Source of the DNA: Roseomonas sp.
GTDB taxonomy: Bacteria > Pseudomonadota > Alphaproteobacteria > Acetobacterales > Acetobacteraceae
Direction: 5' to 3'
NCBI GenBank assembly: GCA_020249865.1
Contig: JADCEV010000062.1
Span: forward strand, 530-64,529
Length of the DNA stretch: 64,000 nt
Shown: positions 56,903 through 64,000 of the stretch, piece after piece
Position numbering within the stretch: position 1 is the first letter of the stretch
Layout of the letters: each line of letters begins with the position of its first letter
Program-made: the position numbers and the translations under genes
The notes under the pieces: generated by a model
Told to the model about the DNA's origin: nothing
What the model saw: the letters and a program-made list of their open reading frames with translations, nothing else
Databases searched by the model: none

Positions 56903-57003
56903 GCGTTTCAAGCCAAGTGGAAGCACTTGGCTCGCCGGGAAGCGCGACCAAACAAAGAAGCAGAGCGTGGCCCGTGAACGAAGGTGAACGGGAACCGCTC
57001 TGG
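56903..57003. repeat. Two-module intergenic hairpin repeat (second full copy)
   Basis: GCGTTTCAAGCCAAGTGGAAGCACTTGGCTCGCCGGGAAGCGCGACCAAAC, then a module 2 stem CAGAGCG...CGCTCTG around CCCGTGAACGAAGGTGAACGGG. It begins right after the aminotransferase stop. Confidence 0.55.
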
Positions 57004-57077
57004 GGGCGGTGGGGCTGGCTTCCGGCCCCGGCCCGCGACCGCCTGCGCCGAAAAGCCTGGCGCGGCTTCGCTCAGCC

Positions 57078-57404
57078 CTACTTCTTCCGAGAGCCGAAGC
57101 CGCTGGCATCACTTTTGCGCCAATCGGCTTCGCCCGGCAATTCCAGGGCCACGCCGCGTTGGTCACAGGGGATGACGTTGGACTGTGGTATATCGCTCAC
57201 CGTGGAAAGGGCAACACCACGGGGGCGGGAATAGCCGGCGAGTTCTATTTCCAGGGCGCCTTTGGCAGAAATACGCCGGACCCTGCCCCATTCGCCCGCC
57301 TTTGCGACCGGGCCTGGGCCGGGCTCAGCCCGTGTCAGACGCACCAGATCGCCGACCTCAAGCATCGGGACGGGGCGCCCATCAGCGCGAAAATGCAGTT
57401 TCAC
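57078..57404 (-). CDS. Hypothetical protein (108 aa)
   Basis: Host-like GC. Divergent from the flaG-like gene across an AT-rich spacer. No domain recognised. Confidence 0.3.
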   Translation of the reverse strand: MKLHFRADGRPVPMLEVGDLVRLTRAEPGPGPVAKAGEWGRVRRISAKGALEIELAGYSRPRGVALSTVSDIPQSNVIPCDQRGVALELPGEADWRKSDASGFGSRKK

Positions 57405-57573
57405 TGGCCGCCTTTCCCTGCCTGCTTTACACGCCAGTGAGTGCCCTGCTGATCCTTCAAAGATATGACGGCCTTTAAAATCGTATTAAATTGTCGGGTT
57501 TGCGATTGAGGCCTTAACAAATTTCTTGACTCAGGTGATGGTGTTTTGCGATACAAGAGACGGTGTCAATGCC

Positions 57574-57993
57574 ATGATCAGCCAGCTAAACGTCTCCCAA
57601 ACCCAGATCAAGGACGGACTTCGCCCCCCCGCTGGAGCAGTCGGAGGCGATCGGCCTGCGGGTGCCGTCCCGCCGGAACCCTCGCCTGAAATCGGGCCGC
57701 CAAATCCCAGGCTGCGCATTGACCGTGATCTGGGCATGGTTGTCATCGAATTTCGTGATGCCGCAGGCCGGGTGAGCGTAAGTTTGCCTACGCCCCGCGA
57801 AATCGAAGCCTACCGTGCCTCCATCCTCTTTGGCGCCGACATGCCTTTTGACGTTAAGGTGCTGAATGCATCGCCCGGTAGCCCAAGCGCTGCACGCCCC
57901 GGAATTCCCCTGCCGCCAGAGCCTGAACCGCAGCCTGCTGCCCGGCCTGAGGGTGAGGCTTCTTCCTCCGCTGCCCTTAACAAGATCGCCTAA
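57574..57993 (+). CDS. FlaG-like flagellar protein
   Basis: RLRIDRDLGMVVIEFRDAAGRVSVSLPTPREIEAY resembles the FlaG core (L.F.......VV.V.D..TGEVIRQIP). The start is uncertain (TTG at 57526 or ATG at 57574). Confidence 0.45.
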   Translation: MISQLNVSQTQIKDGLRPPAGAVGGDRPAGAVPPEPSPEIGPPNPRLRIDRDLGMVVIEFRDAAGRVSVSLPTPREIEAYRASILFGADMPFDVKVLNASPGSPSAARPGIPLPPEPEPQPAARPEGEASSSAALNKIA

Positions 57994-58160
57994 AGCCCAG
58001 CTGCGGCCGCAAAGGCGGCCTTGCCTTGCGTCCGGCTTGCTTCCTGGCGCCTACCCGTCGAAAATTTCGCCCATAATGCCGGTGGTGCGGCAAGCCCTGC
58101 CGCGTTAGCCTCCACCCATAAGGGCGCGTGAAGCGCCTACCGGAAAAAGGAGGATCCGCC

Positions 58161-59138
58161 ATGGCGATGTCTCGTCGCGCCCTGATCGGCGCTGGTGCCG
58201 CGGGCTTGCTGGCTGCGCCCACATTGCACGCGCAGGAAGCCTTCCCAAGCCGCCCCATTCGCATTGTGGTGCCTTACCCGCCAGGTGCGATCAATGACAT
58301 GCTGGCGCGCTGGGTCGCGGATAAGATGCCAGAGGTCTTCGGCCAGCCAGGCGTGGTGGAAAATCGCCCAGGCGCTGCGGGCAATATCGGCACGACACAC
58401 GTCGCGCGCTCAACGCCTGATGGCTATACGATCGGCATCGGCAATACGCCGATCCTGTCGGTCAATCCCTTTGTCTATCCGAGTATGGGCTATGATCCGC
58501 GCACTGAAATCAGCCTGATCGGCATCGCCGCGCGGCTGATGAATGTGCTGGTGGTGAACCCGAATAGCGGCCTGACCAGTCTGCAACAAATTCTGGAACG
58601 CGCCCGTGCCCAGCCGGGGCGGATGACCTTTGCCAGTTCCGGCAGTGGCAGCAGCCCGCATCTGGCGGGTGAATTGCTGAAGCATATGACCGGCGTTGAC
58701 ATTACCCATGTGCCGTTTCGCGGCGGCGCAGCATCAGGCACCGAAATCATCGCCGCGCGCATTGATATGCTGATTGATAATGTGCCGAATTCCATCGGCC
58801 ATATCCGCGGCGGCCAGATGCGCGCCCTTGCGGTGACGGGCAGCGCGCGCGATCCCGCGCTTCCCGATGTTCCGACCTTTGCGGAGGCCGGCGTGCCGGG
58901 GTTTGAGATGTATCTTTGGTTCGGTTTCATCGCGCCGCCCAATCTGCCGCCGGCGGTTATGGAAAGGCTTTCTTCCGGCATTCGCCGCATCGTCACCGAA
59001 ACCGATGTGGCCGAGCGTATTCGCCGCCAAGGTGCCGAAGTCTGGCACAAGGACCCCGCCGGCATGCGCGTGGCGATGGAAGCCGATATGGCGAAATGGG
59101 GCCCGGTGGTGCGCGCAGTGGGGCTGAAGCCGGAATAG
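58161..59138 (+). CDS. Bug/TctC family substrate-binding protein
   Basis: RR signal MAMSRRALIGAG. Blocks PIRIVVPYPPGA, VENRPGAAGN and FASSGSGSS. AAAGGAGGA lies before the ATG at 58161. Confidence 0.85.
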   Translation: MAMSRRALIGAGAAGLLAAPTLHAQEAFPSRPIRIVVPYPPGAINDMLARWVADKMPEVFGQPGVVENRPGAAGNIGTTHVARSTPDGYTIGIGNTPILSVNPFVYPSMGYDPRTEISLIGIAARLMNVLVVNPNSGLTSLQQILERARAQPGRMTFASSGSGSSPHLAGELLKHMTGVDITHVPFRGGAASGTEIIAARIDMLIDNVPNSIGHIRGGQMRALAVTGSARDPALPDVPTFAEAGVPGFEMYLWFGFIAPPNLPPAVMERLSSGIRRIVTETDVAERIRRQGAEVWHKDPAGMRVAMEADMAKWGPVVRAVGLKPE

Positions 59139-59152
59139 ATGCGTGTTTGGTC

Positions 59153-59195
59153 GCATTTTCCGAGCCGCCAAGTGTTCCACTTGGCTTGAAAATGC
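59153..59195. repeat. Intergenic hairpin repeat, module 1 only, inverted orientation
   Basis: The reverse complement reads GCATTTTCAAGCCAAGTGGAACACTTGGCGGCTCGGAAAATGC, followed by GACCAAAC, which is nearly identical to the 14761 copy. It lies just after the Bug gene stop. Confidence 0.55.
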
Positions 59196-59275
59196 TCCAC
59201 CCGCTTGCAATCGGCGCTGAGAATCAGAAGATGGTCCATCGCCCTGTGCCGGGCGTTCAACTCAAAGGGGTGGAA

Positions 59276-59656
59276 ATGTTCTCTCATATCTTTGTCGGCG
59301 CGGATGACGTGGCCGTTTCCAAGAAATTCTATGATGCGGCGCTGGGCGTGCTTGGTGTCGCAGAAGGCAAGATGGACCCGAAGGGGCGCTGCTTTTACCG
59401 CACGCCGACCGGCACGCTTGGCATCAGCAAGCCGATTGATGGCAAGGCTGCCTGCGGTGCCAATGGCGGCACGATTGGCTTCGCTTGTGACAGCCCAGAA
59501 AAGGTAAAGGCCTTCCATGATGCGGCGGTCGCCAATGGCGGCACCAGCATTGAAGACCCGCCCGGCTGGCGCGAAGGCGGCGCGGTGCGGCTTTATCTCG
59601 CTTATGTGCGCGACCCTTACGGCAACAAGCTCTGCGCGCTGCATCGCGGTGGGTGA
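59276..59656 (+). CDS. VOC (glyoxalase/bleomycin resistance) family protein
   Basis: 126 aa. Blocks MFSHIFVGADD....FYD and YVRDPYGNKL. Confidence 0.8.
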   Translation: MFSHIFVGADDVAVSKKFYDAALGVLGVAEGKMDPKGRCFYRTPTGTLGISKPIDGKAACGANGGTIGFACDSPEKVKAFHDAAVANGGTSIEDPPGWREGGAVRLYLAYVRDPYGNKLCALHRGG

Positions 59657-59725
59657 GGCTGCATCACAGCCACACGGGATCGCGCGACGCAAAGCGCGGT
59701 CCCGATGATGACATGAAGAGAAAAA

Positions 59726-59802
59726 TGGTAGCGGCGAGCGGACTTGAACCGCTGACCCCGGCATTATGAGTGCCGTGCTCTAACCAGCTGAGCTACGCCG
59801 CC
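59726..59802 (-). tRNA. tRNA-Met (anticodon CAT), elongator type; an Ile2/lysidine identity cannot be excluded
   Basis: The reverse complement folds as a 77-nt cloverleaf: GGCGGCG TA GCTC AGCTGGTTA GAGC A CGGCA CTCATAA TGCCG GGGTC AGCGG TTCAAGT CCGCT CGCCGCT A CCA. The 1:72 pair is G-U, the CCA is encoded, and there is no initiator-type GGG/CCC anticodon stem. Confidence 0.9.
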
Positions 59803-59818
59803 ATTCGGGAACGGGGAG

Positions 59819-60922
59819 TTAGGCCGCTGCCCGGTCAGTGTCAACCGAAAGCCGCGCCCGCAGGAAACCGCCACCCAAGACGCGGTCGCCATCATACATC
59901 ACGCAGGCCTGGCCGGGCGCGATCACGCCGGGTTCATCCAAAACCACGCGCAAAAGGCCCGCCCCGGCATCCCAGGTGACCTCAGCGGCGCGCGGCACTT
60001 CGCGGGCGCGCAGCTTCACGGCGCAGCGGAGCGGCGCGGCGGGCGGGGCGATCAGCCAATTCACCTCAGCTACCTCGGCCTCCCGCCGCTCAAGGCCCGC
60101 GCGCGGGGCCAGCACAATCCGGCGCTTCGGCGCATCCACCACCGCGACATAAAGCTTCTGCTCCCCATCCCAGGAAGCCTGACCAAGGCCCCGCCCCTGG
60201 CCCACGGTGAAGCCGGAAATCCCTCCATGCTGGCCCAGCACGCGGCCATCCGCATGGATGAACTCGCCCGGTTCGGCGGCATCCGGGCGAAGCTTGCCCA
60301 CCAGGGCATCATAGCGCCCGGCGGGTACAAAACAGATATCCTGGCTGTCCGGCTTTTCCGCCACTGCCAGGCCAAGCCGCGCGGCGGCAGCGCGCACGGT
60401 CGCCTTGTCCGGCATGTCACCCAAGGGGAAACGCGCCATGGCGAGCTGTGCGCGGGTGGTGGCGGCCAGGAAGTAGCTTTGGTCCCGTTCTGGGTCCACG
60501 GCGCGATGCAATTCGGCGCCATCGGCGCCTTCAATGCGGCGGGCGTAATGGCCGGTGGCGAGCGCTTCGCAGCCCAGATCCTCGGCCATTGCCACCATGT
60601 CGCGGAACTTCACCGTCTGGTTGCAGCGGATGCAGGGCACGGGGGTTTCACCGCGCGCATAGCTATCGGCGAAATCACGCATCACATCGCGGCGGAAAAT
60701 CTCTTCGCGGTCCAGAACGTAATGCGCGATGCCGAGCTTATCAGCGACACGCCGCGCATCCAGAATATCCTGCCCCGCGCAGCAGGCGCCCTTTTTCTGC
60801 AAGGCCGCGCCATGATCATAAAGCTGCAAGGTGGCGCCAATCACCTCATGCCCGGCTTCCTGCAACAGCGCGGCAACCACGCTGCTATCCACCCCGCCGG
60901 ACATGGCCACCAGCACGCGCAT
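59819..60922 (-). CDS. mnmA: tRNA 2-thiouridine(34) synthase MnmA
   Basis: PP-loop VAMSGGVDSSV, CIRCN, and GHYAR. Confidence 0.93.
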   Translation of the reverse strand: MRVLVAMSGGVDSSVVAALLQEAGHEVIGATLQLYDHGAALQKKGACCAGQDILDARRVADKLGIAHYVLDREEIFRRDVMRDFADSYARGETPVPCIRCNQTVKFRDMVAMAEDLGCEALATGHYARRIEGADGAELHRAVDPERDQSYFLAATTRAQLAMARFPLGDMPDKATVRAAAARLGLAVAEKPDSQDICFVPAGRYDALVGKLRPDAAEPGEFIHADGRVLGQHGGISGFTVGQGRGLGQASWDGEQKLYVAVVDAPKRRIVLAPRAGLERREAEVAEVNWLIAPPAAPLRCAVKLRAREVPRAAEVTWDAGAGLLRVVLDEPGVIAPGQACVMYDGDRVLGGGFLRARLSVDTDRAAA

Positions 60923-60924
60923 CT

Positions 60925-61629
60925 TCAGCCGCGCCCCGCCGCATCAAGCCCCTGCTGCCAGAAGCGCTGCTCAAGCCGCGCTGCCTCGGCGAAATCCGCC
61001 GCCAAGCGTGCGAAGCGCGCTTCCCCACCATGGGAGACACCAAGCGCATCAATCCGCCGCGCCGCGGCATGGGCCATTTCCTGATAGGAAGCAGCGCCAT
61101 AGGTATCAATCCAGGACTGATACGGGTTGCCATCACGCTGCCGCGCGGGGTCCGCCAGGATGCGCAGCGCCACATGAGCGTAACCAACGGTGCAGGGCAC
61201 CAAAGCCACTTCCAGATCCAGAATATCGCCGGCATAGCCGCGATCCAGCACCCAGCGCGTATAGGAAACCGTCTCGGCACTTTCCGGCACGGACACCACC
61301 GCCGCTTCCGAAAGCCCCCATTCGGCGCAATATTTCAGATGAAGCTTCGTTTCATCCAGAATGGCGAGCACCGCAGCCGCCTTGTCGCGCATCGCCGCCA
61401 GGCTTTCGCCCTTCAGCACCGCAAGCGCCTTGGCGCGGGCAAAATGGATCAGGAACAGGTAATCCTGAATGAGGTAATGCTGAAATGCCTTCAGCGGCAA
61501 AGTGCCGGCCGAAAGCTGCTGCACAAAAGGATGCCAGGTATAATCGCGCCATTCGGATGCAGCGGCGGCCGACAGCTTGCGAAACAAGCCGCCTTCCGCG
61601 CCGAATTCATCCCAATGAGCGCGAGTCAC
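60925..61629 (-). CDS. TenA/thiaminase II family protein
   Basis: HPFVQ.L..GTL....F..YL.QDY.FL..F. Confidence 0.8.
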   Translation of the reverse strand: MTRAHWDEFGAEGGLFRKLSAAAASEWRDYTWHPFVQQLSAGTLPLKAFQHYLIQDYLFLIHFARAKALAVLKGESLAAMRDKAAAVLAILDETKLHLKYCAEWGLSEAAVVSVPESAETVSYTRWVLDRGYAGDILDLEVALVPCTVGYAHVALRILADPARQRDGNPYQSWIDTYGAASYQEMAHAAARRIDALGVSHGGEARFARLAADFAEAARLEQRFWQQGLDAAGRG

Positions 61630-61632
61630 GCC

Positions 61633-61962
61633 TCAGCCGCCCGCGTTGCGCGACCCGGCGGGCAGCTTCACCACCAGCCCATCCAGCGCATCTGTCATGA
61701 TCAATTGGCAGCCCAGCCGGCTGGTTTCCTGCAAGTCAAACGCGAGGTCCAGCATGTCTTCCTCATCCTCGGTCGGCTTCGCAAGCTTGCCGAACCAGGA
61801 CGCGTCCACAATCACATGGCAGGTGGAACACGCGAGCGAGCCTTCACAGGCGCCTTCAATGTCAACACTGTTGCGATGCGCGATTTCCAGCACGGAAAGG
61901 CCAAGCGGGGCTTCCACTTCCTTTTGCGTTCCGTCGCGTTCGATGAATACCATTTTCGGCAT
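61633..61962 (-). CDS. fdx: 2Fe-2S ferredoxin (adrenodoxin/Fdx type)
   Basis: Cysteine pattern [14 protein letters not shown] ... LGCQ. 109 aa. Confidence 0.88.
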   Translation of the reverse strand: MPKMVFIERDGTQKEVEAPLGLSVLEIAHRNSVDIEGACEGSLACSTCHVIVDASWFGKLAKPTEDEEDMLDLAFDLQETSRLGCQLIMTDALDGLVVKLPAGSRNAGG

Positions 61963-61964
61963 GG

Positions 61965-63152
61965 CTAATCACTTGCCTTGTCTGTTGCGGAAGCTGCGCG
62001 GCGCCAGGAAGCGGCAAGGCTTGCCGCGGCCAGTTCCGCATCGGCGGGCGAGGTAAAGCGTCCCATCCCAATCCGCAAGGTGGCCCGGGCGGCTTCGGGT
62101 TCAAGCCCTATGGCTTGCAGCACGTAAGAAGGCTCGATTTCAGCCGAGGAACAGGCCGAACCGGTGGAAACACACACAAGCGGCGCGCCTTCCATGATGG
62201 CCTGGGCGGAGACGCCGCCCGGAAAGGTCAGGTTCAGATTGCCCGAAACCCTGGGCGCACCTTCGGCATTGACGATTAGCCCCGGGATTTCGGCGCGGAG
62301 CTTGTCCAGAAAAATCTCTCGCTGGCCGGCGATGCGCCCGGAATCGAGCAGGCCTTCAATGGCGGCGATCCGGCAGGCCTCCCCAAAGCCCACCACCAAG
62401 GGCGCGGGGAGCGTGCCGGACCTGACGCCTCTTTCCTGCCCGCCGCCGGAAAACAGGGGGGCCAAGCGCATGCGTGGCCGGCGGCGGACATAAAGCGCGC
62501 CAATGCCGCGCGGGCCATAGACCTTATGGCCCGAAAGCGACATCAGATCAGCCTGGATTTCCCCGACATCAAGCGGAATGCGCCCGGCTGCCTGCGCGGC
62601 ATCGGTATGAAAGGCCGCACCCGCTTCCTTCACAATGGCCCCCAGCGCGGCCAGGTCCTGAATGACGCCGATTTCATTGTTCACCGCCATGATGGACACC
62701 AGCAGGGTGTCTTCATCACAGGCAGCGCGCAGCACTTCAGGGTCCAGCAGCCCATCGGCGCCAACCGGCAGGATGACGGGTTCAAACCCTTCCTGCGCCA
62801 GATCACGCACGGATTCGAGGACGCATTTATGTTCGGTCGCCAGCGTGATGATGCGCCGGCGCGGATCGCCCTGGCTTGCGGCAAAGCGCGCGGCACCCTT
62901 GATGGCGAGGTTATTCGCCTCGGTCGCGCCGGAGGTCAGGATGATTTCAGCCGCCGAGGCACCGATCAATTCAGCGACGTACTCACGCGCGGCTTCGACG
63001 GCTTCGGCGGCGGCGCGGCCCATGACGTGTTCCGCACTGGCGGGGTTGGCGAATTGCGCTTCCCAAAAGGGGCGCATGGCCTGGAGCACGCGCGGGTCCA
63101 CCGGCGTGGTGGCGTGGTTATCCAGGTAGATGGGGTGGTTCGGGAACGACAT
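61965..63152 (-). CDS. iscS: Cysteine desulfurase (IscS/NifS family)
   Basis: [29 protein letters not shown] (PLP lysine), and the active-site STGSACSS. Confidence 0.92.
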   Translation of the reverse strand: MSFPNHPIYLDNHATTPVDPRVLQAMRPFWEAQFANPASAEHVMGRAAAEAVEAAREYVAELIGASAAEIILTSGATEANNLAIKGAARFAASQGDPRRRIITLATEHKCVLESVRDLAQEGFEPVILPVGADGLLDPEVLRAACDEDTLLVSIMAVNNEIGVIQDLAALGAIVKEAGAAFHTDAAQAAGRIPLDVGEIQADLMSLSGHKVYGPRGIGALYVRRRPRMRLAPLFSGGGQERGVRSGTLPAPLVVGFGEACRIAAIEGLLDSGRIAGQREIFLDKLRAEIPGLIVNAEGAPRVSGNLNLTFPGGVSAQAIMEGAPLVCVSTGSACSSAEIEPSYVLQAIGLEPEAARATLRIGMGRFTSPADAELAAASLAASWRRAASATDKASD

Positions 63153-63230
63153 GGGGGGAAGATGGGGCGGAATGGGGTGCGGGGCTAGATGGGGGGTGAA
63201 TTAGCCACAGAGGCGGGGGTCTCTGGGGGG
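63153..63230 (+). repeat. Dense G-tract block with reiterated ATGGGG units
   Basis: Seven runs of 4-6 G occur within 78 nt on the plus strand (63153-58, 63164-67, 63174-77, 63181-84, 63191-96, 63215-19, 63225-30). ATGGGG recurs at 63151, 63162, 63172 and 63189. Confidence 0.5.
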
Positions 63231-63286
63231 CAAATAATGCTCGATTCCGCTTGCGGATGCCGCCCCCCCTGCTACCTTCAGGATTG

Positions 63287-63784
63287 ATGCCGGCGCCGCA
63301 ACGTTGCTTTCTGTCCTATTCGCACAAGGACCATGAAGGGTTCGAGCAGCTGCGCGCCCAATTGGCGCCGGTGGCACAAGCCTTCAGCTTTGCCATCTGG
63401 CACGATAAGCGGATCCAAGCTGGCGACTATTGGAATCATCGGATCCAGACTGAAATAGACCAAGCTGAGATTTTCGTACTCCTGACCTCGGCTGACTTCT
63501 TTAATTCGGGCTATATTATCGCTCATGAATTACCAGCAATACGGCAACGGCATCGTGCGGCTGGGGCGCTCGTGCTGCCGGTGATTTACCGTGACTGTTA
63601 TTGGAGTGCCATGTTTGGAAACTACATCCAGGCTGTCCCAGTGACACCTGATGGTAGTTTGCGCCCTGTGCAGAAATGGCGACCAATTAATGATGGTTTT
63701 GCCGCGTCCGCCAAAGCCATCGCGGCAGCGATTGAGGATTGGTTCGGCGTGAAGCCTACCTCCCCTTGGGCGCCAACACCATGA
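63287..63784 (+). CDS. TIR domain protein (TIR_2 type, stand-alone)
   Basis: CFLSYSHKDHEGF start, IWHDKRIQAGDYW, and EIFVLLTSADFFNSGYIIAHE with the conserved Glu. GC is reduced. I preferred the ATG at 63287 over the TTG at 63251. Confidence 0.8.
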   Translation: MPAPQRCFLSYSHKDHEGFEQLRAQLAPVAQAFSFAIWHDKRIQAGDYWNHRIQTEIDQAEIFVLLTSADFFNSGYIIAHELPAIRQRHRAAGALVLPVIYRDCYWSAMFGNYIQAVPVTPDGSLRPVQKWRPINDGFAASAKAIAAAIEDWFGVKPTSPWAPTP

Positions 63785-64000
63785 CGCGTCCCGAAGCCAT
63801 TGCCGCCCTGCGCGAAAGGTTGGCGGAGGTGCAGCGCTGTACTGACAGTTTCGGTGCTGTTCTGCCGCAAACGAACCAGCCTGGACCTTTGGCGTTCTTC
63901 CCATCGGTCCTTGAACGCATTCGCCTGATTCTGGGAAATGAGCAGGAGGGGGCAACGGGCAATCTGGCAGCCGCATTGGCGGAGGTACGGAAAGATATTC
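63781..64000 (+). CDS. Unknown protein, 5' fragment only (runs off the window), translationally coupled to the TIR gene
   Basis: The ATG overlaps the TIR stop (ATGA at 63781-63784). My own translation is MTRPEAIAALRERLAEVQRCTDSFGAVLPQTNQPGPLAFFPSVLERIRLILGNEQEGATGNLAAALAEVRKDI, open to the last base. Confidence 0.4.
   Translation, partial: MTRPEAIAALRERLAEVQRCTDSFGAVLPQTNQPGPLAFFPSVLERIRLILGNEQEGATGNLAAALAEVRKDI

Noticed and set aside
59676-59703. A 10-bp hairpin GGGATCGCGC/GCGCGGTCCC between the VOC gene and the tRNA.
   Set aside because: There is no T-run on either strand and no second copy in the window. It is probably an ordinary 3' stem and was not reported as a feature.
1-64000. CRISPR arrays, rRNA genes, transposases, integrases, phage structural genes, and known defence genes other than the TIR ORF.
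   Set aside because: I found no regularly spaced direct repeats of 24-40 nt and no rRNA-like conserved stretches. No ORF-track product had DDE, tyrosine- or serine-recombinase, Cas, restriction-modification or other hallmark motifs.

Overview
64-kb chromosomal segment of a high-GC alphaproteobacterium. By eye, most coding DNA is roughly 63-67% GC. Caulobacter-type short flagellins with flbT/flaF and many Bug/TctC solute receptors suggest a Rhodospirillales/Acetobacteraceae-like host, but I cannot prove that from the sequence alone. Most of the window is ordinary core and metabolic DNA. Recognisable core genes are secA (5' truncated), argC, galU, gmk, polA, efp, trxB, cspA, hemW, and an iscS-fdx-tenA-mnmA operon followed by tRNA-Met(CAT). 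There is a flagellin locus (two paralogous flagellins, flbT, flaF, and a distant flaG-like gene). There are also four orphan Bug/TctC receptors, two divergent MmgE/PrpD paralogs, and several regulators (Lrp, LysR, GntR). I saw no CRISPR array, rRNA, transposase or integrase. Three patches are visibly lower in GC (about 40-55% by eye) and look accessory. (1) 25.7-29.5 kb is a 4-gene minus-strand sugar-modification operon: CgeB-like glycosyltransferase, FdtA-like 3,4-ketoisomerase, DegT aminotransferase and an LpxA-family acyltransferase. (2) 33.27-33.91 kb is an orphan ORF with no ATG start that lies in frame with, and directly behind, the stop codon of a solitary lutA. (3) 63.25 kb to the window end is a small TIR-domain gene translationally coupled to an unknown partner cut off by the window edge. 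The TIR pair is my best candidate for a defence-type system, but it cannot be resolved here. Non-coding structure worth attention: a roughly 100-nt two-hairpin intergenic repeat family (4 copies), two promoter/terminator-bounded candidate sRNAs with C-rich anti-Shine-Dalgarno-like loops, a shared upstream motif and leader hairpin at both flagellin genes, and a dense G-tract block between iscS and the TIR gene. All functional calls rest on motif recognition in the supplied translations. No database search was run.
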